A stretch of 64,000 nucleotides of DNA from Eledone cirrhosa. Taxonomy: Eukaryota. The notes below the pieces were generated by a model. The model saw only the letters and a program-made list of their open reading frames with translations, was not told the origin of the DNA and searched no databases. Location of the stretch: the NCBI GenBank assembly GCA_964016885.1, contig OZ024741.1, positions 247,442,001 to 247,506,000 on the forward strand, in the 5' to 3' direction. Each line of letters begins with the position of its first letter. Within the stretch, counting starts at the first letter, position 1. Positions 1 to 10,718 of this stretch are shown here, one piece after another. The translations under genes were made by a program, and so were the position numbers.

Positions 1-1712
1 CCCTTGATTTTTTTACAAATTATCTCCCCCTGATTTTTTTTTTACAAATTATCTCACCCTGATTTTTTTTACAAATTATCTACCCCTGATTTTTTTTTAC
101 AAATTATCTCCCCCTGATTTTTTTTACAAATTATCTCCCACTGATTTTTTTTTTACAAATTATCTCCCCCTGATTTTTTTACAAATTATCTCCCCCTGAT
201 TTTTTTTACAAATTATATCCGCCTGATTTTTTTAAATATTATCTCTCCTTGGCTGGCGGGAAATTATCTCCCCTTGGACGGCTGGAAATTATCTCCCCTT
301 GGAAGGATGGAAATTATCTCCCCTTGGACGGCTGGAAATTATCTACCCCTGATTTTTTTTACAAATTATCTCCCCCTGATTTTTTTTACAAATTATCTCC
401 CCCTGATTTTTTTTTTACAAATTATCTCCCCCTGATTTTTTTACAAATTATCTCCCCCTGATTTTTTTTACAAATTATCTCCGCCTGATTTTTTAAAATA
501 TTATCTTACCTTGGCTGGCGGGAAATTATCTCCCCTTGGACGGCTGAAAATTATCTCCCCTTGGACGGCTGGAAATTATCTCCCCTTGATTTTTTTTACA
601 AATTATCTCCCCCTGATTTTTTTTTACAAATTATCTCCCCCTGATTTAAAAAAAAAAATTATCTCCCCTTCGCTGGCTGGAAATTATCTCCCCTTGGACG
701 CTGGAAATTATAGCCCCTTGGAGGGCTGGAAATTATCTTCCCTTGGACGGCTGGAAATTATCTCCCCTTGATTTTTTTTTACAAATTATCTCCCCCTGAT
801 TTTTTTTTACAAATTATCTCCCCCTGATTTTTTTTTACAAATTATCTCCCCCTGATTTTTTTTTTACAAATTATCTCCGCCTGATTTTTTTTTTAAAATT
901 ATCTCCCCTTGGACGGCTGCAAATTATCTCCCCTTGATTTTTTTTACAAATTATCTCCCCCTGATTTTTTTTACAAATTATCTCCCCCTGATTTTTTTTA
1001 CAAATTATCTACCCCTGATTTTTTTTACAAATTATCTCCCCCTGATTTTTTTTTACAAATTATCTCCCTCTGATTTTTTTTTACAAATTATCTCCCCCTG
1101 ATTTTTTTTTACAAATTATCTCCCCCTGATTTTTTTACAAATTATCTCCCCCTGATTTTTTTTACAATCTCCGCCTGATTTTTTTAAAAATTATCTTCCC
1201 TTGGCTGGCGGGAAATTATCTCCCCTTGGACGGCTGGAAATTATCTCCCCTTGGAAGGATGGAAATTATCTCCCCTTGGACGGCTGGAAATTATCTCCCC
1301 TTGCACGGCTGGAAATTATCTCCCCTTGGCTGGAAATTATCTCCCCTTGGACGGCTAGAAATTATCTCTCTTTGGACGGCTGGAAATTATCTCCCTTTGA
1401 TTTTTTTTACAAATTATCTCCCTCTGATTTTTTTTACAAATCTCCCCCTGATTTTTTAAAAAAAATTATCTCCCCTTCGCTGGCTGGAAATTATCTCCCC
1501 TTGGACACTGGAAATTATAGCCCCTTGGAGGGCTGGAAATTATCTTCTCTTGGACGGCTGGAAATTATCTCCCCTTGATTTTTTTTACAAATTATCTCCC
1601 CCTGATTTTTTTTTACAAATTATCTCCCCCGATTTTTTTTTACAAATTATCTCCCCCTGATTTTTTTTTACAAATTATCTCCCCCTGATTTTTGTTTACA
1701 AATTATCTCCCC

Positions 1713-4274
1713 TTGGACGGCTGGAAATTATCTCCCCTTGGACGGCTAGAAATTACCTCTCCTTGGACGGCTGAAAATTATCCTCCCTTGGACGGCTGGA
1801 AATTATCTCCCCTTGATTTTTTTACAAATTATCTCCCCCTGATTTTTTTTTTACAAATTATCACCCTGATTTTTTTTACAAATTATCTACCCCTGATTTT
1901 TTTTTACAAATTATCTCCCCCTGATTTTTTTTACAAATTATCTCCCACTGATTTTTTTTTTACAAATTATCTCCCCCTGATTTTTTTACAAATTATCTCC
2001 CCCTGATTTTTTTTACAAATTATATCCGCCTGATTTTTTTAAATATTATCTCTCCTTGGCTGGCGGGAAATTATCTCCCCTTGGACGGCTGGAAATTATC
2101 TCCCCTTGGAAGGATGGAAATTATCTCCCCTTGGACGGCTGGAAATTATCTACCCCTGATTTTTTTTACAAATTATCTCCCCCTGATTTTTTTTACAAAT
2201 TATCTCCCCCTGATTTTTTTTTTACAAATTATCTCCCCCTGATTTTTTTACAAATTATCTCCCCCTGATTTTTTTTACAAATTATCTCCGCCTGATTTTT
2301 TAAAATATTATCTTACCTTGGCTGGCGGGAAATTATCTCCCCTTGGACGGCTGAAAATTATCTCCCCTTGGACGGCTGGAAATTATCTCCCCTTGATTTT
2401 TTTTACAAATTATCTCCCCCTGATTTTTTTTTACAAATTATCTCCCCCTGATTTTTTTTACAAATTATCTCCCCCCTGATTTTTTTACAAATTATCTCCC
2501 CTTGGCTGGCTGGAAATTATCTCCCCTTGGAGGCTGGAACTTATCTCCCCTTGGACGGCTAGAAATTACCTCTCCTTGGACGGCTGGAAAATATGTCTCC
2601 TTGGACGGCTGGATATTATCTCCCCTTGGACGGCTGGAAATTATCTCCCCTTGGACGGCTGGAAATTATCCTCCCTTGGATGGCTAGATATTACCTCCCC
2701 TTGGACGGCTGGAAATTATCTCCCTTTGATTTTTTTTACAAATTATCTCCCCCTGATTTTTTTTTACAAATTATCTCCCCCTGATTTTTTTTTACAAATT
2801 ATCTCCCCCTGATTTTTGTTTACAAATTATCTCCGCCTGATTTTTTTTTAAAAATTATCTCCCCTTGGACGGCTGGAAATTATCTCCCCTTGGACGGCTA
2901 GAAATTACCTCTCCTTGGACGGCTGAAAATTATCTCCCCTTGGACGGCTGGAAATTATCTCCCCTTGATTTTTTTACAAATTATCTCCCCCTGATTTTTT
3001 TTTTACAAATTATCTCCCCCTGATTTTTTTTTACAAATTATCTACCCCTGATTTTTTTTTACAAATTATCTCCCCCTGATTTTTTTTACAAATTATCTCC
3101 CCCTGATTTTTTTTTACAAATTATCTCCCCCTGATTTTTTTACAAATTATCTCCCCCTGATTTTTTTTACAAATTATCTCCGCCTGATTTTTTTAAATAT
3201 TATCTCTCCTTGGCTGGCGGGAAATTATCTCCCCTTGGACGGCTGGAAATTATCTCCCCTTGGAAGGATGGAAATTATCTCCCCTTGGACGGCTAGAAAT
3301 TATCTCTCTTTGGACGGCTGGAAATTATCACCCCTTGAGTTTTTTACAAATTATCTCCCCCTGATTTTTTTTACAAATCTCCCAGTGATTTTTAAAAAAA
3401 AATTATCTCCCCTTCGCTGGCTGGAAATTATCTCCCCTTGGACGCTGGAAATTATAGCCCCTTGGAGGGCTTGAAATTATCTTCCCTTGGACGGCTGGAA
3501 ATTATCTCCCCTTGATTTTTTTTTACAAATTATCTCCCCCTGATTTTTTTTTACAAATTATCTCCCCCTGATTTTTTTTTACAACTTATCTGCGCCAGAT
3601 TTTTTTTAAAAAATTATCTCCCCTTGGACGGCTGGAAATTATCTCCCCTTGGACGGCTGGAAATTATCTCTCCTTGGACGGCTAGAATTTACCTCTCCTT
3701 GGACGGCTGAAAATTATCTCCCCTTGGACGGCTGGAAATTATCTCCCCTTGATTTTTTTTACAAATTATCTCCCCCTGATTTTTTTTTACGAATTATCTC
3801 CCCCTGATTTTTTTTTACAAATTATCTCCCCCTGATTTTTTTTTACAAATTATCTCCCCCTGATTTTTTTTACAAATTATCTCCCTCTGATTTTTTTACA
3901 AATTATCTCCCCTTGGCTGGCTGGAAATTATCTCCCCTAGGAGGCTGGAACTTATCTCCCCTTGGACGGCTAGAAATTACCTCTCTTTGGACGGCTGGAA
4001 AATATGTCTCCTTGGACGGCTGGATATTATCTCCCCTTGGACGGCTGGAAATTATCTCCCCTTGGACGGCTGGAAATTATCTCCCCTTGGATTGCTAGAT
4101 ATTACCTCCCCTTGGACGGCTGGAAATTATCTCCCCTTGATTTTTTTTACAAATTATCTCCCCCTGATTTTTTTTTACAAATTATCTCCCCCGATTTTTT
4201 TTTACAAATTATCTCCCCCTGATTTTTTTTTACAAATTATCTCCCCCTGATTTTTGTTTACAAATTATCTCCCC
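1713..4274 (+). repeat. 2.56-kb higher-order repeat unit (reference copy), 9 A-runs and 9 B-runs
   Basis: Delimited by the marker TTTTTGTTTACAAATTATCTCCCCTTGG at 1713 and 4275 (2562 bp). The same order of diagnostic variants recurs at 21737, 24274, 45032, 47407 and 54402. Confidence 0.88.
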
Positions 4275-6699
4275 TTGGACGGCTGGAAATTATCTCCCCT
4301 TGGACGGCTAGAAATTACCTCTCCTTGGACGGCTGAAAATTATCCTCCCTTGGACGGCTGGAAATTATCTCCCCTTGATTTTTTTACAAATTATCTCCCC
4401 CTGATTTTTTTTTTACAAATTATCTCACCCTGATTTTTTTTACAAATTATCTACCCCTGATTTTTTTTTACAAATTATCTCCCCCTGATTTTTTTTACAA
4501 ATTATCTCCCACTGATTTTTTTTTTACAAATTATCTCCCCCTGATTTTTTTACAAATTATCTCCCCCTGATTTTTTTTACAAATTATATCCGCCTGATTT
4601 TTTTAAATATTATCTCTCCTTGGCTGGCGGGAAATTATCTCCCCTTGGACGGCTGGAAATTATCTCCCCTTGGAAGGATGGAAATTATCTCCCCTTGGAC
4701 GGCTAGAAATTATCTCTCTTTGGACGGCTGGAAATTATCACCCCTTGAGCTTTTTACAAATTATCTCCCCCTGATTTTTTTTACAAATCTCCCTGTGATT
4801 TTTAAAAAAAAATTATCTCCCCTTCGCTGGCTGGAAATTATCTCCCCTTGGACGCTGGAAATTATAGCCCCTTGGAGGGCTGGAAATTATCTTCCCTTGG
4901 ACGGCTGGAAATTATCTCCCCTTGATTTTTTTTACAAATTATCTCCCCCTGATTTTTTTTTACAAATTATCTCCCCCTGATTTTTTTTACAACTTATCTG
5001 CGCCTGATTTTTTTTTAAAAATTATCTCCCCTTGGACGGCTGGAAATTATCTCCCCTTGGACGGCTGGAAATTATCTCTCCTTGGACGGCTAGAATTTAC
5101 CTCTCCTTGGACGGCTGAAAATTATCTCCCCTTGGACGGCTGGAAATTATCTCCCCTTGATTTTTTTTACAAATTATCTCCCCCTGATTTTTTTTTACAA
5201 ATTATCTCCCCCTGATTTTTTTTTACAAATTATCTCCCCCTGATTTTTTTTTACAAATTATCTACCCCTGATTTTTTTTTACAAATTATCTCCCCTTGGC
5301 TGGCTGGAAATTATCTCCCCTTGGAGGCTGGAACTTATCTCCCCTTGGACGGCTAGAAATTACCTCTCCTTGGACGGCTGGAAAATATGTCTCCTTGGAC
5401 GGCTGGATATTATCTCCCCTTGGACGGCTGGAAATTATCTCCCCTTGGACGGCTGAAAATTATCTCCCCTTGATTTTTTTTACAAATTATCTCCCCCTGA
5501 TTTTTTTTTACAAATTATCTCCCCCCTGATTTTTTTTAAAAAATTATCTCCCCTTGGACGGCTGGAAATTATCTCCCCTTGGACGGCTGGAAATTATCTC
5601 TCCTTGGACGGCTAGAATTTACCTCTCCTTGGACGGCTGAAAATTATCTCCCCTTGGACGGCTGGAAATTATCTCCCCCTGATTTTTTTTTACAAATTAT
5701 CTCCCCCTGATTTTTTTTACAAATTATCTCCCCCCTGATTTTTTTACAAATTATCTCCCCTTGGCTGGCTGGAAATTATCTCCCCTTGGAGGCTGGAACT
5801 TATCTCCCCTTGGACGGCTAGAAATTACCTCTCCTTGGACGGCTGGAAAATATGTCTCCTTGGACGGCTGGATATTATCTCCCCTTGGATGGCTAGATAT
5901 TACCTCCCCTTGGACAGCTGGAAATTATCTCCCTTTGATTTTTTTTACAAATTATCTCCCCCTGATTTTTTTTTACAAATTATCTCCCCCTGATTTTTTT
6001 TTACAAATTATCTCCCCCTGATTTTTGTTTACAAATTATCTCCGCCTGATTTTTTTTTAAAAATTATCTCCCCTTGGACGGCTGGAAATTATCTCCCCTT
6101 GGACGGCTAGAAATTACCTCTCCTTGGACGGCTGAAAATTATCTCCCCTTGGACGGCTGGAAATTATCTCCCCTTGATTTTTTTACAAATTATCTCCCCC
6201 TGATTTTTTTTTTTACAAATTATCTCCCCCTGATTTTTTTTTACAAATTATCTACCCCTGATTTTTTTTTACAAATTATCTCCCCCTGATTTTTTTTACA
6301 AATTATCTCCCCCTGATTTTTTTTTACAAATTATCTCCCCCTGATTTTTTTACAAATTATCTCCCCCTGATTTTTTTTACAAATTATCTCCGCCTGATTT
6401 TTTTAAATATTATCTCTCCTTGGCTGGCGGGAAATTATCTCCCCTTGGACGGCTGGAAATTATCTCCCCTTGGAAGGATGGAAATTATCTCCCCTTGGAC
6501 GGCTAGAAATTATCTCTCTTTGGACGGCTGGAAATTATCACCCCTTGAGTTTTTTACAAATTATCTCCCCCTGATTTTTTTTACAAATCTCCCAGTGATT
6601 TTTAAAAAAAAATTATCTCCCCTTCGCTGGCTGGAAATTATCTCCCCTTGGACGCTGGAAATTATAGCCCCTTGGAGGGCTTGAAATTATCTTCCCTTG

Positions 6700-9600
6700 G
6701 ACGGCTGGAAATTATCTCTCCTTGGACGGCTAGAATTTACCTCTCCTTGGACGGCTGAAAATTATCTCCCCTTGGACGGCTGGAAATTATCTCCCCTTGA
6801 TTTTTTTTACAAATTATCTCCCCCTGATTTTTTTTTACGAATTATCTCCCCCTGATTTTTTTTTACAAATTATCTCCCCCTGATTTTTTTTTACAAATTA
6901 TCTCCCCCTGATTTTTTTTACAAATTATCTCCCTCTGATTTTTTTACAAATTATCTCCCCTTGGCTGGCTGGAAATTATCTCCCCTAGGAGGCTGGAACT
7001 TATCTCCCCTTGGACGGCTAGAAATTACCTCTCTTTGGACGGCTGGAAAATATGTCTCCTTGGACGGCTGGATATTATCTCCCCTTGGACGGCTGGAAAT
7101 TATCTCCCCTTGGACGGCTGGAAATTATCTCCCCTTGGATGGCTAGATATTACCTCCCCTTGGACGGCTGGAAATTATCTCCCCTTGATTTTTTTTTACA
7201 AATTATCTCCCCCTGATTTTTTTTTACAAATTATCTCCCCCGATTTTTTTTTACAAATTATCTCTCCCTGATTTTTTTTTACAAATTATCTCCCCCTGAT
7301 TTTTGTTTACAAATTATCTCCCCTTGGACGGCTGGAAATTATCTCCCCTTGGACGGCTAGAAATTACCTCTCCTTGGACGGCTGAAAATTATCCTCCCTT
7401 GGACGGCTGGAAATTATCTCCCCTTGATTTTTTTACAAATTATCTCCCCCTGATTTTTTTTTTACAAATTATCTCACCCTGATTTTTTTTACAAATTATC
7501 TACCCCTGATTTTTTTTTACAAATTATCTCCCCCTGATTTTTTTTACAAATTATCTCCCACTGATTTTTTTTTTACAAATTATCTCCCCCTGATTTTTTT
7601 ACAAATTATCTCCCCCTGATTTTTTTTACAAATTATATCCGCCTGATTTTTTTAAATATTATCTCTCCTTGGCTGGCGGGAAATTATCTCCCCTTGGACG
7701 GCTGGAAATTATCTCCCCATGGAAGGATGGAAATTATCTCCCCTTGGACGGCTGGAAATTATCTACCCCTGATTTTTTTTACAAATTATCTCCCCCTGAT
7801 TTTTTTTACAAATTATCTCCCCCTGATTTTTTTTTTACAAATTATCTCCCCCTGATTTTTTTACAAATTATCTCCCCCTGATTTTTTTTACAAATTATCT
7901 CCGCCTGATTTTTTAAAATATTATCTTACCTTGGCTGGCGGGAAATTATCTCCCCTTGGACGGCTGAAAATTATCTCCCCTTGGACGGCTGGAAATTATC
8001 TCCCCTTGATTTTTTTTACAAATTATCTCCCCCTGATTTTTTTTTACAAATTATCTCCCCCTGATTTTAAAAAAAAAATTATCTCCCCTTCGCTGGCTGG
8101 AAATTATCTCCCCTTGGACGCTGGAAATTATAGCCCCTTGGAGGGCTGGAAATTATCTTCCCTTGGACGGCTGGAAATTATCTCCCCTTGATTTTTTTTT
8201 ACAAATTATCTCCCCCTGATTTTTTTTTACAAATTATCTCCCCCTGATTTTTTTTTACAAATTATCTCCCCCTGATTTTTTTTTTACAAATTATCTCCGC
8301 CTGATTTTTTTTTTAAAATTATCTACCCTTGGACGGCTGGAAATTATCTCCCCTTGGACGGCTGGAAATTATCTCCCCTTGGACGGCTAGAAATTATCTC
8401 TCCTAGGACGGCTGAAAATTATCTCCCCTTGGACGGCTGCAAATTATCTCCCCTTGATTTTTTTTACAAATTATCTCCCCCTGATTTTTTTTACAAATTA
8501 TCTCCCCCTGATTTTTTTTACAAATTATCTACCCCTGATTTTTTTTACAAATTATCTCCCCCTGATTTTTTTTTACAAATTATCTCCCTCTGATTTTTTT
8601 TTACAAATTATCTCCCCCTGATTTTTTTTTACAAATTATCTCCCCCTGATTTTTTTACAAATTATCTCCCCCTGATTTTTTTTACAATCTCCGCCTGATT
8701 TTTTTAAAAATTATCTTCCCTTGGCTGGCGGGAAATTATCTCCCCTTGGACGGCTGGAAATTATCTCCCCTTGGAAGGATGGAAATTATCTGCCCTTGGA
8801 CGGCTGGAAATTATCTCCCCTTGCACGGCTGGAAATTATCTCCCCTTGGCTGGAAATTATCTCCCCTTGGACGGCTAGAAATTATCTCTCTTTGGACGGC
8901 TGGAAATTATCTCCCTTTGATTTTTTTTACAAATTATCTCCCTCTGATTTTTTTTACAAATCTCCCCCTGATTTTTTAAAAAAAATTATCTCCCCTTCGC
9001 TGGCTGGAAATTATCTCCCCTTGGACACTGGAAATTATAGCCCCTTGGAGGGCTGGAAATTATCTTCTCTTGGACGGCTGGAAATTATCTCCCCTTGATT
9101 TTTTTTACAAATTATCTCCGCCTGATTTTTTTTTTAAATTATCTCTCCTTGGACGGCTGGAAATTATCTCCCCTTGATTTTTTTTACAAATTATCTCCCC
9201 CTGATTTTTTTTACAAATTATCTCCCACTGATTTTTTTTTACAAATTATCTACCCCTGATTTTTTTTTACAAATTATCTCCCCCTGATTTTTTTTACAAA
9301 TTATCTCACCCTGATTTTTCTTTTACAAATTATCTCCCCCTGATTTTTTTACAAATTATCTCCCCCTGATTTTTTTTACAAATTATCTCCGCCTGATTTT
9401 TTTAAATATTATCTTTCCTTGGCTGGCGGGAAATTATCTCCCCTTGGACGGCTGGAAATTATCTGCCCTTGATTTTCTTTTTACAAAATATCTTCCACTG
9501 ATTTTTTTTACAAATTATCTCCACCTGATTTTTTAAAAAATTATCTCCCCTTGGAAGGCTGGAAATTATCTCCCCTTGGCTGGAAATTATCTCCCCTTGG

Positions 9601-10718
9601 AAGGCTAGAAATTATCTCTCTTTGGACGGCTGGAAATTATCACCCCTTGAGTTTTTTTACAAATTATCTCCCCCTGATTTTTTTTACAAATCTCCCAGTG
9701 ATATTTAAAAAAAAATTATCTCCCCTTCGCTGGCTGGAAATTATCTCCCCTTGGACGCTGGAAATTATAGCCCCTTGGAGGGCTGGAAATTATCTTCCCT
9801 TGGACGGCTGGAAATTATCTCCCCTTGATTTTTTTTACAAATTATCTCCCCCTGATTTTTTTTACAAATTATCTCCCCCTGATTTTTTTGACAACTTATC
9901 TGCGCCTGATTTTTTTTAAAAAATTATCTCCCCTTGGACGGCTGGAAATTATCTCCCCTTGGACGGCTGGAAATTATCTCTCCTTGGACGGCTAGAATTT
10001 ACCTCTCCTTGGACGGCTGAAAATTATCTCCCCTTGGACGGCTGGAAATTACCTCCCCTTGATTTTTTTACAAATTATCTCCCCCTGATTTTTTTTTACA
10101 AATTATCTCCCCCTGATTTTTGTTTACAAATTATCTCCCCTTGGACGGCTGGAAATTATCTCCCCTTGGACGGCTAGAAATTACCTCTCCTTGGACGGCT
10201 GAAAATTATCTCCCCTTGGACGGCTGGAAATTATCTCCCCTTGATTTTTTTACAAATTATCTCCCCCTGATTTTTTTTTTACAAATTATCTCACCCTGAT
10301 TTTTTTTACAAATTATCTACCCCTGATTTTTTTTTACAAATTATCTCCCCCTGATTTTTTTTACAAATTATCTCCCCCTCATTTTTTTTTTACAAATTAT
10401 CTCCCCCTGATTTTTTTACAAATTATCTCCCCCTGATTTTTTTTACAAATTATCTCCGCCTGATTTTTTTAAATATTATCTCTCCTTGGCTGGCGGGAAA
10501 TTATCTCCACTTGGACGGCTGGAAATTATCTCCCCTTGGAAGGATGGAAATTATCTCCCCTTGGACGGCTGGAAATTATCTACCCCTGATTTTTTTTACA
10601 AATTATCTCCCCCTGATTTATTTTACAAATTATCTCCCCCTGATTTTTTTTTTAAAAATTATCTCCCCCTGATTTTTTTACAAATTATCTCCCCCTGATT
10701 TTTTTTACAAATTATCTC
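6700..10718 (+). repeat. About 4-kb segment, copy 1 (duplicated at +10573, with a third copy at about +49600)
   Basis: Landmarks 7035, 7669, 7931, 8354 and 8721 recur at +10573. Private variants are TCCTAGGACG 8401/18974 and TGCCCTTGGA 8791/19364. Confidence 0.9.

Noticed and set aside
1-240. G-quadruplex or i-motif from C4-C5 runs
   Set aside because: The runs are separated by loops of about 21-24 nt, far longer than canonical. A tails have only three GG pairs. There is no direct support.
252-259. Chi-like octamer GCTGGCGG (one mismatch to E. coli Chi GCTGGTGG)
   Set aside because: Chi recognition by RecBCD is sequence-specific and nothing indicates an enterobacterial host. The motif is easily derived from the NNGG tail.
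571-600. Intrinsic (Rho-independent) or Pol III terminators at the T tracts
   Set aside because: No stable GC hairpin immediately precedes the T runs and no upstream gene or promoter is present. The T tracts are simply the B monomer tail.
2225-4170. Copy at an offset of exactly 20,000 bp (2502->22502, 3235->23235, 3913->23913), suggesting a copy-paste artefact
   Set aside because: The copies differ by SNPs (ATCCTCCC vs ATCTCCCC at about 2670, GCGCCAG vs GCGCCTG at about 3597, GGATTG vs GGATGG at about 4092). The offset drifts to 20,001 and 19,999 on either side. With many pairwise offsets available, one round number is plausible by chance.
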